Position numbers and translations under genes: made by a program
Shown: piece by piece, positions 1 through 13,266 of the stretch
Layout: each line of letters begins with the position of its first letter
Position numbering within the stretch: the stretch's first letter is position 1
From: Lama glama
Lineage: Eukaryota
DNA: 64,000 nt
Direction of reading: 5' to 3'
Assembly: GCA_028534125.1 (NCBI GenBank)
Contig: CM052818.1
Location: 15,316,001-15,380,000, forward strand
Notes under the pieces: generated by a model
Database searches by the model: none
The model's input: only the letters and a program-made list of their open reading frames with translations
What the model was told of the DNA's origin: nothing

Positions 1-833
1 GGCTTAACCTTAAAAGTTTGTTAGGTTTTGATGCAATGGGAGAACCGCTTCTCTAAGCCTAAAATATCTGAAGAGTGTTCAGATTCCTTACAAAAATCTG
101 TAAATATTAAATCAGAGAAGAGAATAAAGTAAATTGTAATGTAAATCCCCAATTTTTATGCTCCTGTGCACATATTCCAGGTTCAGTGAAAAAGAGGCAA
201 AAACATTTTCCTTCTGTGTTCATTAAAATAACACCTTTGTTGGAGGACACAACCATTCCGAGTGGAAATCCACTCCTCGAATTGGGATTTGCGGTACATA
301 AGATATCTCTGTCACTTGAATTATGTAATGCTGTGGATTTTTAAAAGCTTTTCATCCTTCTTTAATTTCTGTTTTCTGACGTAGATAGAATTGGAGTCCA
401 TTTTGGGACAAACCTGGTCTTTATTTCAGTGGAGGGTCTGCCTATGGGAAATTCTTACTCCAAATTATTTGAACAAGTCAGGATTATAATTTTAGTGCAG
501 TCTCCTTGCCTAGGGACATGAGATGCTACTTTCAGAAATGCTTTTGGAAGCTACCATTTGAAGGAAGGATTGGGGTTTTCCTGGTGTACTGTATTCCTAA
601 AACAGGCAGAAATAAAGAAGAGATACTCTTGTGGGCACATGCAGGAAATAGGCAAAAGTGAATGAATCTTGTGGATTTTAGAAATAATGCAAACTCATTT
701 GGATTTTTTGAGTACTTTCTAACCCTAAATGGTTTGCATTGAGTCAGAGAAGTATGGGAACCAAAATGAGGAATAGCCATGTGGGAACCAAAGGAAGAAA
801 CTAAAAAGAACCGAACTAGGAATCAATACATAA

Positions 834-1258
834 TATTAAAAAAACAAAATTCAACCAAGTAAATTTAAAAAGTCGTATTGGCTTTATTGAATGATACATA
901 AATCAGGTTTCTAGCAAGTAGAGGGGAGCTCCAAAGTCTCAGAAAGGGGCAGGTTTCTAAAAGTAAGACAGAAGCCACAAACAAACAAACAATAAAAGGT
1001 TATTTCAGATTAAGTCACCTCCTTTTGGGGACAAAAGGGTCTTATTGAGTAGGTTACCTCATCTCTTTTCTAGATGGAGAGGGCCCATATGACAGATTAT
1101 CTCATTGGTGTTGACCAGAAAATTTCTGACTGACCAGTTAATACTACATTGTTGGGGGAGGTTGAAGCTTCAATTACATTAGGTATTAAGACCTAGTTGG
1201 TGGCATGGCCTCGCATAAGTGACTCCATTCTAGGCCTGTATCTTTTTTTTTTTTCATC
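834..1258 (-). mobile_element. Solo ERV1-class LTR (laurasiatherian type)
   Basis: Begins TATTAAAAAAACAAAATTCAACCAAGTAAATTT...GGCTTTATTGAATGAT, the reverse complement of a U5 end with an AATAAA signal at ~883-888. Ends with GACTCCATTCTAGGCCTG...TTTTCA, the reverse complement of a U3 start. Recognised by similarity to ERV1 LTR consensus; no clean TSD. Confidence 0.75.
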
Positions 1259-2604
1259 AATGGTAACCAAAAAAAAAAAATAATGAAAAGAAGTAAGGAG
1301 ACTGGAGGTTTAATTCCTTTCACAATCCATGTGATGACATTTAGACCCGTCTGTGAAGTGTAGATGGTCAAATTTAATCTACTCATGTCATGGGATTATA
1401 GTAAGGATACAGATACAGAGATACCTTGAAAAATGAATGATGGGGAGGGTAAATACAAAATATTCTGAATTATTATTTCTTAGCTAGACTTTTTTCTTTA
1501 CCTTTCAGTGATTTGAAGAGCATAAAGGTCAGGTCTCATTTCATAACCCTTTGAATGACGAAACATTTCCACTGCCTGGATAATGGTCACTATGACATAA
1601 TTCCAGAGAAACCTTATTCTGACAAGATCTGAGCTGTAAAAGCAAAAGTAAACAGCATTCAAGAGCAGGCAAGTTTTACAAAGTTCAGTTCTGCGGTCAA
1701 GACGGACATGTCTCCTACACTTTCTCTCTTCTATGCTCATCTCTCTCAGGACATGATAAATGTGCTCAAGATTGCAGCAGCTTCAGCCTCTCATGCCTTG
1801 TGTTGTTGTTTCTAGCAGCCCTTGCTGTTTAATCAAAGCCACAGATTAAAGCTGCTTCTGTAATATAGTCGAGGGAGGTAGTAAAAGTCAAGGTCATCAT
1901 TCTTCAGGGCCTCTAGGATGTTATAAGAGAAGAGTAGAACTGGTAACCCAGTGTGCTTTTTTTTTTTTCTAGCCCAAAGCTAGACCATCTCTTGTTGATT
2001 TAATATGAAGTGAATCTGTTCTCTGCCTTTGAATCTCTTGAGATTTTAAGCATTTAAGCAACATGGAATTACTCCAGAGAAGATTTTTTTAAACATATAA
2101 GAAAAGAGAAATGGAAAAAACAAAACATTCTCGAGAGAGTTCTGTATATACCCTCTTTTCATTAAACTCACCCTCTCTGATAGAGTGATGTAAAGTCAAA
2201 CTATCTAGGCAAGCAGATCATTTCCAAGAACCAGAGATGGAAAGTTATGAGGAAGAGGAGAAAATACGTCATACTTTTAGATGAAAGGAAAGTTAATGAT
2301 TGTCTTTGTAATAAATTGTCTCTGCTTAATCATTTTATAGACTTCTCTTAAGAGAAATACACACAAAAGATAAAGGCTCAGGATGAATTATGTGAGCCCT
2401 AGATTTAGGGTTTTGGGAAGACTAGAAAGGGGGGTTGGAAAGGGAGGATTCTGACTGCCATAATTATTCAAATAGACTGTGCTGCATGTCTGCCCCTATG
2501 TGCTTCCTCATTATTAACTGGCTCTACCAAGGCTTTTATGAACTCAAGTGGTACAGCCACAGCCCACTGGTACCATGGAGTGAATCTGCAAAGATAATAC
2601 ATAA

Positions 2605-2810
2605 CACGCTAGACTGGAAGAATCAGCTCTGCTATAGGAAGATCAGGTTTTCAGTCTATTTTTTCTATGTACTTTCTTCTTTAAACTCAAGTTGTTTCAT
2701 CTATAGATGGAAATGAAAATACTTCACTTTTCTTAATTCAGGAGGCTGCTTCAGGTGATGTCTTCAAGATAATAACCTTCATCTCTATGATCTATTCCAT
2801 GTCTAAGTCT
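2605..2810 (+). mobile_element. Degenerate MIR/MIR3 SINE fragment
   Basis: CTAGACTGGAAG...CTCAAGTTGTTTCATCTATAGATGGAAATG resembles the MIR core motif CTCAGTTTCCTCATCTGTAAAATGG. Confidence 0.45.
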
Positions 2811-3829
2811 GAGTGAAAGGCCGATTTTTGTCATGCTAAAATTCGATCAAATATATTGAACATTTCTTCCAACCTAGTCTGTGTAGAACTCAAGTTTCTG
2901 GCCCTAACCAGAAGGAAACGGGAGATTTTCTGAGTTGACCTTCATCTAGCCTGAACATACCAGGCCTCTCTGGCTGATGCAGGGCTTGTCTTTAATTATG
3001 CGCTTTGAGGAATCTGATTCTTTTAAGTCAGCAATTCCCAGACATTTTACAGTTAAGACATATCATAACTTGACATTGTTTTAAAAGCTGCCAACTACAG
3101 ATTTGTTAATATGTTTGTAATTCTTTGATAGACCTTGAGCTTTGATATACCTTGGAACTTTAAAAAAGATGATTACTACTCTGATTAGATGTCTGCTCTA
3201 CTTTACTCTAATAGAACACAGCCTGTTCATTCTTAAATGAGTTATATACAAAATACTCAAAAGTCTTGTTCAAGCTCAACAGTTAACAAAGAAAATGATA
3301 CATCTTTTTATCTTAACCATTGGACAAAATCTACTATTTTGGTTACTGTATTTTTACTGTAGTATTTTCTTACGGTAATCTCATGTTTCAGTATCATCTC
3401 TTTACTGGTAATTATTGATATTTTTGAAACAGGCATTAATTTTCACCTTCATTTCCAGATTAAATGATACATTCTGCTTCATTTTAGTCTTTCCTTGCTT
3501 CAGGATTTTATTGCCAGCAAGTCAAATAAATTTTTTAAAAGAATGACAAATTGTAGACAATAATTGTATCTTTTGATGAGTTTAGATAGGAGGAATTCAT
3601 TTTTGAAAGACTTGATCCTTTACATTTTAAACTTTCAGTGTGGACTGTAGGAAGCAGAAAGGTGACAACTCTTCACCCAGCTAAATAGTGCTGGCCTGGG
3701 GATGGAGAGGTGGGGCCCTGTGGTTCAGGCTGGTTTGTTTTCTCTTTCACTCATATCCTTGGTTTTCATTTATGTTTTAGAATGGTTTACTGTCAGTCTA
3801 TATTTACATAGAATTGATTCATTTTGTCT

Positions 3830-4830
3830 TTTACTTACTATGCATAAAAGTAATGAGTACATTCCTGTCCAAAATTATGATTCTCCTTTGTGCTTTTTAT
3901 AACTGACCTAGAATAACCCTGATTTGGGCTGTATCATTCTAGTTTATTTATATTACATACGTATTATTTCATATATACGTATGAAAATTGTGTATCTTTG
4001 AAGACAAAAAATAAATGCATTATGACTTGTACTTTTTAGTGGAATAGAACTTGGAAATGTTTCCATGTTAGAACACACATATAGATGGTAGTTCAGATTT
4101 TTTTTAAATTAAAAACATAGTCATATTATATATATTGCCCTGATACTTGTTTTGGTTCAGGTAGTATATCAGGAATATGTCTTTAGGTTAATGCATATAA
4201 AATGAATGCCCATAATTTATTTAGCCGTTCACCTGTTTAAGGGATGGTTAAGTTGTCTTCAATTTTTACTGTTACAAAATGTACAGTGACAGTCTTTTTA
4301 CATGCATCTTTGTTACCAGGTGGGGTAATATTTTAGTATAGATAACTGTCTGTAGAAATAGACCAAGGGTATGAGCATTGTAAAGTTAGCTAATGCTGTG
4401 TTATTCTGGGCTTTGCCAATTTACGTGCCAACTCATAGGGCATGAGAATGCTCAATTCCCCACATCCTCAGTGATGCTGGATAGCATTAATCATCTTACA
4501 TTTTGTCAACCTGACAGGATAGAAGTGATATCATGTGATTGTCTTAATTTGCCTTTCCATAATTACCAATAATTTGATACACTTTCTCTTTTTTAGTTCT
4601 TCTGTTCATAACATTTGCTCATCTTTTCTATTCAATTACCAATTTCCTTTTTGATTTAGAGATGCTCTTAATATAGTTTACAAGAGTTTGCCACTTGTTT
4701 TTAGTTTTACAGATAATGTCTTTTAAATCTCAAATAGTCACCCTTTCTTTTTCTGAAGTTTGTTTTTGTATATGGCATTAGAGGTCTAGGTGTAGATATT
4801 ATTTTCAGATGTGATTATTACTGTCTGCAA
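3830..4830 (-). mobile_element. Ancient L1 (L1ME/L1MC-like) 3' end, ORF2 C-terminal region and 3'UTR
   Basis: Antisense L1 motifs: CATAATTTATTTAGCC, AGTTGTCTTCAATTTTTACTGTTACAAA, TTCCCCACATCCTCA, TTTGTCAACCTGACAGG...TGATATCATGTGATTGTCTTAATTTGC. Confidence 0.75.
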
Positions 4831-7126
4831 TGCTTTGTCCACAGGTTGATTCTAAAAATTAAAATTCAACAAATAGGTTTTACAGTAGTATGCGTATGTA
4901 GGTGTTGCTCACTGTAAAACCAAGGAGTACATTTGGCCCCTTAGGACAAGAAATGGACTCTATTGACAGTAATCTGATGCCTCTCAAGAGGAACATTGAT
5001 GCCAAGGATGAAGGGTTCTCTCTCTCTTTTTTTTTTTCAACACTCCAACACTTGCTTGAAAATGAAACCGCATTTTAGTTTGCTTCATATATAGATCATT
5101 AATTTTTGTACAACTTTTTTCTTTTTGGTGTTTTTAATCATCTCTCATAAGAAGACATTGTTCTGGTTACCAGTGGAAAGAAAGGAATGTCAGTAGTCAA
5201 AATGAAAACAAACTTAACTCTGAGATATCTGATTTTAATTTTTGTGTGCCTACCAGTAAGGCTCAATTTGTAGATGTATATGAAGTATGTCACTTACTAA
5301 GATGCTAAAGATTTTGGATCTGGAGGCACATATGAAACAGCATATGGTAAGAACAGGCCAGGATCCTCTCAGTTCTTTTGGGTCTCATTTCAAAGAGTTC
5401 TCTTTACTGATGGATCTTTCCACATGAGCACATTATCAGTAAGTCCTTCTGAAATCTGGGGTTTGGGTAGACACCAAGCCTGGCATTCTCATGGAAAAGT
5501 GAGTTCTAAAATTGGGTGGGGCCCCACTGGAGCTGTTTGTTTCTTGGCGGGGGCATGAGGAGAAAGCTCTGGGAAATGTACATTCTCCCCAGCTGGCTCA
5601 GAGAAAGGAGGAGGAGGTTTTTGAAGCCATTCAGTCTCTGAAAAGGCTGGTTATCAATACAGCAACGTGACCATTATGTGGCACAGAGTAACGTACAGTA
5701 AGGTCTTCTAAAATCAGGCAATTGCCACAGTTAGAGTTATTTTAAGACACTGGAGACTTTGAGGTTTTCTGAAGACAGCGTTATTTTTAAAATGATAGAT
5801 TTCCCGTTTAGAACAGGGGCAGGTAGGGACAGAAATGGGAATGCCAGCTTAGAGCCCGGACTTAGTAGAAAGTTATTTCTAAAAGCCCTGCCCTGAAACA
5901 TGAAATGAACTATCATGCCTATTGGGCTCACCTGCTGCAATTTTCTCCTCTGGTCTCCTGTGCCTGACTAGCCCACTAACCCTCTTTATTGCCTGTGGAT
6001 TGGAGATCCTTGCCATTATTCGAACACAAGTATCAGCAGTCATCTCATTTAGATCTCGTTCTTGCTTAAAACAAATAAACAAGAAACAAAGCTTGAATTA
6101 AAACTCACTGTCTTTTGAATGGGTTGGAAATCCTTTCTCCTGTGCTCATGACAAATCCGTACATCTAGCCCTGGCAGTAATGTCTACTAAGAATAAAGAA
6201 TGGATTCCACGCTTAACGCTAGTCTGCTATAACTCAGCATGATTGTTACCATCCTCTGTTGAGTAAATTTCAAGCCATGCTGAAAGCTGGGTGTACTTAA
6301 ATAGCAGTCACAAAAATTAGATTTTATGAAGCTGGAGTGATTGTCAAGGTTGTCTAAGTTTATGTGCTTATTAAGTCCTAGACAAGCCACTGATAACTAC
6401 GTGGCTCTATGTTTTGAAGTAACACCAAATTAGTAATCTCGGGGAGAGTGGATCAGGTTGATAATATACTTCAGTGAATAAATAGTTCATTTCAGCCTGT
6501 CCTTTGAGTTTAAATACTTGAGGTCGGCTGTGACTGAAGTTACACAGCAGCAGGAGTGAAAATATTTTTGGTTAAAAAAAAAAAAGAGTGACTAAGACCA
6601 TTAAAACAGATTTTATGAGAGAAAATGTATATTCTCTTACAGAACCCCTGTAGATTACTTGAAGAACAACCTGAATAATGGAGTGACTTGTCAAATTTTT
6701 ATGAGTTGACATTTAGGAGTATTTTTGATTTAAGGGTGACAATTGAAAGGTGGTTTAATGCCATGTTAGAAAAAAAAAATGGAGCTGCTAATCTTATTCT
6801 ATACAGGATTATGGTTGTAGAAGAGAAAATGAATTGAAATTATAGAACAAATTATGTTTACTTTGAGACACTGCCTGGAGGAAAAAAAATCAAGTGCTGG
6901 AGTTGTTGAGTTTGAAAAACTGAGAACTAATGTGTGAAAATTAAAGTGACTAATTACTATATATTTCTATCTACAACTTCCACACATGATTTCTGTTCCT
7001 TTAAAAATATTTAAAGATAATCTGCAGGCTTAACATTGTGTCTGAAGTTATTTGGCCTCAAATAATTACATATTACCACAGCTGTTTGTTGTATTATTGT
7101 GGCTATTCTAAAGATGGTCATCTCTA

Positions 7127-7210
7127 TAGGGTGCCACACTCATGTGGCTCATGTGACCAGCTGTCTGGAGTTGTGAGGTACAACCTGTGCAGTCATATAC
7201 AGCAGCCCTA
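7127..7210. mobile_element. MER91-like hAT-Tip100 MITE
   Basis: AGGGTGCCAC...GTACAACCTGTGCAGTCATATACAGCAGCCCT has imperfect terminal inverted repeats (AGGG...CCCT) and the MER91-type motif. Confidence 0.5.
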
Positions 7211-7274
7211 GTCTTCCTTCCCTGCTAGACACTTGTGTAAAGTAGCTCACCTTGTGGACTTTGGGTGTGGTGGT

Positions 7275-7501
7275 TTGCTGGGCTGATGCCTGGAGTGATG
7301 GCAGCCATCTTGTTACCTTGATGGGACAAACTTGCAGATGAAAGTAAAGCTCTGATTATGTCATTGTGCCACTAAATTAACCAACTCTGGATCAGTCTCT
7401 TCCCAGATTTTTCTTTTTGTGACGTAATACATGCCTTTATCCTTTAAGACCTACAGAGTTAAATATTTTGTTGCTTATCACTGAAGACATTCTAACTGGC
7501 A
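7275..7501 (+). mobile_element. MaLR LTR (MLT1H/I/J-like) 3' half
   Basis: GATGCCTGGAGTGATGGCAGCCATCTTG...TTTAAGACC...TATTTTGTTGCTTATCACTGAAGACATTCTAACTGGCA, a typical MLT1 3' terminus. Confidence 0.7.
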
Positions 7502-8479
7502 TGGTGACCATTATCTTTGTCTTTGGACCTTTCCCCTTAGCTAGATGAATATTTGTCCTATACATAATTATAGCACAGCATTGTTTGCTAGCAGCCACTG
7601 GCATGCCTTGAAACTTTTTTCGTTTGGCATTGGTTTCACGCATTTGAGGTAAGAACGTAATAGTACCGGCAGTGTTTGAAAATACTGCCACGTGAATTTC
7701 TTTTTCTTTTTTTTATGTGAATTTCAAGTCTTGTGAAAACATACATTCTGACTTATTTTTACCAAAGGCAACTCTAGTCCAAATGCCACTCTGCAGAATC
7801 CACTTTTCTTCCCTGAGCTGCACACCATCCCATAAGAACTGATGGCAAGGATACATTTGGCATTTTGAAGTCTCCCTTGAAACTCCCACATAAAGTCACT
7901 CCAGCTCTATGAGGTCAAGAGCTTCTTTCACCTATTTTTCCGATTGGGTAATGTCTTCATTAACCAGAGCAACTCAGACTGTGTGTGATGGGAGGTCAAA
8001 ACCAAACTGATTTGCTTATTTTTCTTCTTCCCACATTATTTTTCAAACAGATTGTGTCTAATCATTTTTTTGGATTTTAGTATGTTTTAATTTAGTTTTT
8101 GACTTCCCAGAAGTAAACAGGTACTCATACACTTACAGACTCTGAAAATGACTATGACTGTACAGCATAACTTAAATAGCCAGCTGTCATCTCCTAATTG
8201 CTATGAAATTCTTAGGTTTATGTAATAATGACAAAGTTATTTTTGTTCCTTTTAGTTATCTAAAGTTTTTGTTATCAGTGATGAAAATCTTGGTCAAGTA
8301 AAGATTTAGTTTGTTGCGAAAAATGTTTATTCTTTACTGTGTTGAGTTCGGTTACACTAAATGGTCAGGAACCATCAGGACTTCAACAATAATCCCTTAT
8401 TGAATATGATCTTTTATTCTCTGAGGTCCATGTTCTTTGTACCAAGGGATGTTCTCCTACACTGGTTCCAGTCAGAAAT

Positions 8480-8712
8480 GTCCTATTCATACTTCATGAC
8501 TCAACTTACTGTCCTTCAGATAGTAGTCTATTAATTTTTTTCTTTTTTCACTGTCTAAATTAGTGATATGACTCATATTAGTGGCAAATAGGTTGTGCTC
8601 AATAATAGCTAATTCCTCTGCTCCAACTAGACTTCATCCTTGTTGAGGGTGGGAGTATAGTCTTATTCATTGATACTTAGTAGATACTTGATAAATATTT
8701 GTTGAACGAGTT
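8480..8712 (+). mobile_element. L2 LINE 3' end fragment(s)
   Basis: ACTAGACT...CCTTGTTGAGGGTGGGAG...TAGTAGATACTTGATAAATATTTGTTGAA matches the L2 3' terminus. Confidence 0.6.
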
Positions 8713-8894
8713 AAGAAAAATGGCCCTATCCAGATCCACTCTGAATTCCTGCAACATATACAAAGTCATTGTGATAAAACAGCTGTCATGTGTCCAGTTG
8801 TACACACACCATCCTCTTAAGCCAGGCAGTAGTACGTGGATGGGGATCATCTTCTGGACTGGTGGAGAGTGAACCATCTGGGACCTTAATGAAC

Positions 8895-10078
8895 TCCGTC
8901 TTCCACAAAAACAAAGAAAATACTACAGAACAACAAAGGCAACCATTTTAGAATTCTCAAAATTAACCAAAGGCACAACTAATTGCGGGGCATCTATCCC
9001 AGAGAAACTGTTGAAGTTAGGTCAGATGGCAGGGTCTTCAATGTTTTAACTTGGGGCTGTTCCCATCCTCTCTCCTTTCTCAGCTCAGTGGCTTGGTAGT
9101 TACTGGTAGCCTTAAAACCAGTGAGGACTGACATCTTTTGGCACTCCATTAAATGTTCTATCCCCAGAGCACAGTAAATGTTTTTTATTCCCCCCCCCGC
9201 CCCCACATTTTCAGCTTTCTGGAAAATCTCTATTTCCAGGTTATTATGACTATTTGATTTAACTTAGAGCCCAGTTCAATGGAAATGCCCTGCCCCCAGG
9301 ATGTTACAGCAAATAGTAGCAATATCTTAGAAATATCACAGCTGCCTAAGGCTGTGGTTTCAGTTGGGATGAACAAGATCCTGAGTGGAAATTTAGGATT
9401 ATACACCATGACCAAGTGGGGTTTATTCCAATAATGCAAGGTTGATTTAACATAAGAAAATCAACATATAAATAGAAAAAAAGGACAAAGTACATGGTCA
9501 TCTCAATAGATGGAGAAAAAGCATTTGCTAAGCAACATTTTTTTTTCATGATAAAAAACTCAAACTACATATATAAGGCAACTCACTTAATCTGATAAAG
9601 GATATCTTCAGTAACCCCACAATTAACACCATGCTTCACATTGAAAGCCTGAATGCTGTTCTGCTAAGATCAAGAATGAGAGAAGGATGTCTACTCCTAT
9701 CACTTCTATTCAATATTGTACCATGAGTTCCAGCCAGGGCAATTTGCAACAAAGGAAATAAAAGGCATCCACATTGGAGGGAAAGAAGTAAAACTACTTC
9801 TATCTGCAAGTGACATGGTCTTGTATGTAGAAAATCACAAGGCACCCACTAAAAACTGGACTTGTTAACAACCTCACTGGAGATTGGGATGGAATGGAAT
9901 ATGGGAAATGACTGCAAATGGGCGTGAGGTGTCTTTTCAGGTGATGAAATGATTTAAATTTAGATTGTGGTCGTGGTTGCAGAACTCTGTGTGTACTAAA
10001 AATCCAGTGATCCATATACTTTAAATGGGTGACTTTTTCAGTATGTCAGTTGCACCTTAATAAAATTGTTAAAAAATA
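8895..10078 (+). mobile_element. Internally deleted L1 (L1M4/L1MB-like): 5'UTR + ORF2 RT fragment + 3'UTR
   Basis: 8895-9390 resembles an L1M4-type 5' end (GAATTCTCAAAATTAACCAAAGGC...GGTAGCCTTAAAACC). 9395-9860 is decayed ORF2 RT (IIHHDQVGFIP, HMVISIDGEKAF-like, CLLLSLLFNIV, FYLQVTW at the FADDM site). 9890-10078 is an L1MB-type 3'UTR ending AATAAAATTGTTAAAAAATAA. Confidence 0.8.
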
Positions 10079-10812
10079 ATGTATGTCTGTTTACATGTTG
10101 TACCTAGGGGATTGTTCTGTTTCAACAGTGGCAATTGGGATAGTAATTTCTGTTTTCTCTTTTGAGACTCTGGTGAATCCCAAAGCAATGTTGTTGAAAA
10201 TCACTTCTGTGGAGTTCTAGAGAAGTTATCCCAGACATTGCACTAGACTTTGAGAAAGCCTAGAATGCTAAGTGAACTGAGACTTCAGGTATTTCTTAAT
10301 CTAGTGCTAAGCATTCTGTTTCTAATACAGCAAGACAGACTTCTGTTGATGAATACTCACTGCTAGGTTAAACAGTGAGAGACTTGGTGAGCTTTGCTGC
10401 TCTCTCTTCTTAAACCATGTGTTTTCCAGGGTTCTTCACTGTTTATACTGTCTATACAACTGCAGTTGTGTGTTGATGAGACATATTGAATCATCTTTGT
10501 TAAGGACTCAAACAATTTCTGAAACTTGTCAGGATATAAAAGTAAAACAACCAGCAAATATGATATTATCTGTTAAAATATGAATTGAAAAAACTGGTCT
10601 AGATCTTTGGAAGTAGAGACAAGGTGGTTACTGCAAGTCAGATGTTCTTCCTTCATTATAGTACTGTGAAGTCAACCAGGATTCTTTGCCTTGTGTTTCT
10701 GGGTCACTTTCCCTGGAAAGGTGTAGTGCTGGCATATTTTGATAAGCACCATATATGAACTACAGCTTTTCAGTCTCAGAAAGTCATCAGACACAGTTTG
10801 GTTTTTTTTAAT

Positions 10813-11146
10813 TGTTGACCTGTAACAAATAGACTGCCAGATATTTCTCCAGCAACGATGGATTTATTTGGGATCAGCAGAGAATTGCAATTCAGGATCT
10901 GCAACCATGGTGGGCCATGTGAAAGGCCTTCCACAGCAAGGGAAGGAGAATGCTTACATAGAGGAGAAAAGCAAACTGGGTGGGCTACTGTACGCAAAGA
11001 GTCCATGGCTTTCCATTGGTTAAGTCCTTGCCAGGAAAGAAGGCAAGGATGTCTTCTTCCTGTTGGGCTCTGTTATCTTTGCAGGGTATGAGAGCTCCCC
11101 CTTCTGGTCTCCTGACTCTGAGATTTCTGTTTATTCATTTTTTATA
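10813..11146 (-). mobile_element. 3' LTR of the ERV1 provirus
   Basis: The minus strand ends ...TTTGTTACAGGTCAACA at 10813 and has an AATAAA poly(A) signal (plus TTTATT ~10863-10868). It is preceded by a purine-rich degenerate PPT (GATGCTTTCAAGAAAAGGATCTTGAAATTAATGGAGAAA). Confidence 0.85.
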
Positions 11147-11489
11147 TTTCTCCATTAATTTCAAGATCCTTTTCTTGAAAGCATCAATTGTCAAGTGTCA
11201 GTTTTTCTGGTTTCAGTGGATTTTTGTCCCTCAATGCCAGGAAGACCTTTTCTGGTTGTAGTGTCTTCCATTGGAGCTAAAGTGCACAGACTGGAAACCT
11301 ACTGAGGTTACGTTTGAGTAACCAAGAAGGTAGGAGGGAGAATTCTCAGGCACTTTTTATCTAAAGTCCATATGCTATCAAGATCATAGTCTGTTGAAGA
11401 TCATCTAAAACGTTACATCATTGTCAAAGGTTTGGTGACAAACTTCCAGCAGGCTTGGTCTGGGTATCTTGGGAAAACTGTTTCATCGG

Positions 11490-13266
11490 ATGTTGTCTGC
11501 TCCAATTCTGGGAAATCTTTACTTTCCAGTCACTAGGTGAGATACAGATCCAGTCAGGGTTTGGTACTTTCTTTAGATGTGTCATACGAGTATGAGCCTA
11601 TTCTGTGGAATTTGATGACACAGTGGTTGGTTTGCAGTACCTGATAGGATCCTTTCCAGTGAGGCTGAAGAGAGTTCTTCTGAAGGTGTCTTTTCCAACA
11701 GACAAAATCTTCAGATTGCAAGGTGTGATGTTTGAGGTCTTTGTCTCCTGAGACTTCACTGTGAAAAGATTGCTCTTTCAAAACATGTTTATTTTAAATA
11801 GAAGCAATTAGGCCTTTGCGGTATCAGACCCTCGTTTTATATCAGTTGTGGGTCAGAATAAACAGAACCCAACTACATTGACATCTTCTGATTATCTCAA
11901 AGTGTGAAAGTTTATGAATTCCAAAGGGGGTAGATCTAAGATTTAGATGGAGCAATGGCAATGCTTTTGCCCGGGGTATTTGGAGGTTCTCCACAAATTT
12001 TGCCAATTTAGTCTTAATAATAATGCCACTAGCACATTCTACTAACCCAGAGAACTGAGGGTAGTAAGTGCAGTAAAAGTGTTGTAAAACTGACCAAACA
12101 GTGCAGACTTGTTGAAGTACCTGGCCAATAATGGGTTCCTTGATCACTATGACATTCAAGAGGAGTTCCCCAGGTAGGGGTAATCTATTTCAAAAGGATT
12201 TTAGCCACAGAAGAGCCAACAGACTGTCTGCAAGAGAAGGCTTCACTCTGGCGTGAAACATTCAGACCATGGCTAAAACAAACTTAAATCCATGAAACAG
12301 AGGAAGTTGTATGAAATCCGTTTGTCAGAACTTGAGTGGTCCATTAGGCAGTTTATAATGTCTGCGAGTGGTACAAACAGGCTTTCCTGGGTTGTACTTT
12401 GAAGTGTGACAAGTGAGTTAGGCACTTTATGCAGCCTGGTTAATATTTCCACCAATACTGATTCACGGAAGCTCTCATTTTGTCAGTAGATCAATGGTTT
12501 AATGCATGTATATTGGTGAGGAGTGGTAATATTAGAGTAGGACTGGGTGGTTATTTGGTCCAAACCAGAGCTTTCTCTTTTTACCAAACCAACAATTGTT
12601 GAATTTCCAATCTTTCTTTCCCTTTTCTGAGGCCAGTTGGTGGGCTTCTCTCTCCAGTTTCCTATCTTACCATTTGGGGGAGATACCCCTTGGTGCCATG
12701 ACAGAGGTTTGGCTGCCATTAGTCCTTTTAAGAGCAATACTCCTTGCAGAGTTGTCAACAAAGTGATTTCCCTTAGCTTCTAGAGAGTCAAGTTTAGAAT
12801 GCTTTGCAGTATTATTAAGAGCTAAAGTGGAAAGTAAAAGTATTGCATCCAACATTTCTGAACATAGGGGACATTTTAAATTTTTATTTCCCCTGGAAGG
12901 AAGTAAGCCTTGTTGCTTCCACAACACTGCAAAACAATGAGCTACTCTGACAACATACTTACTATCAGTGTAAACATTGGCAGTTTTGTCCTTGGCTAAA
13001 GTACAAGGCAGTGTAAGAGTGTGTGATTTAACTCAGACTGTTGGGCCAAAGTAGCTACAGGGAAAGACACCACCTCAACAACATGAAAAGGAGTTGTAAC
13101 AGCACACCCAGCACATCCTTTGCCATTGTCACCTTTTAAATAAGAACCCTCTGTGAGCCATGAGACATCAGCCTTACCCAGAGGAGTTCCCTGCAGATCT
13201 CTAGGAGGAGTCAGGGGGGTGATCTGTCAATGTTAAATAGTTGTGAGGGACTTCATTGGTGACAGA
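11490..13266 (-). pseudogene. pol: Decayed retroviral pol remnant: connection end, RNase H and integrase
   Basis: Minus-strand translation shows RNase H motifs DLQGTPLGKADVSWLTEGSY, TANVYTDSKY...VLWKQQGLL and EAKGNHFVDNSA. The IN core reads HFYCTYYPQFSGLVECASGII-KTKLAK...LPLLHLNLRSTP. The IN C-terminus has the GPY/F-like motif LQPHWKGSYQVL. Confidence 0.92.

Noticed and set aside
11147..11500. Possible captured env/syncytin-like gene next to the ERV LTR
   Set aside because: Only ~350 bp lie between integrase and the LTR, with no furin site, ISD/CX6CC motif or long ORF. Env is absent.
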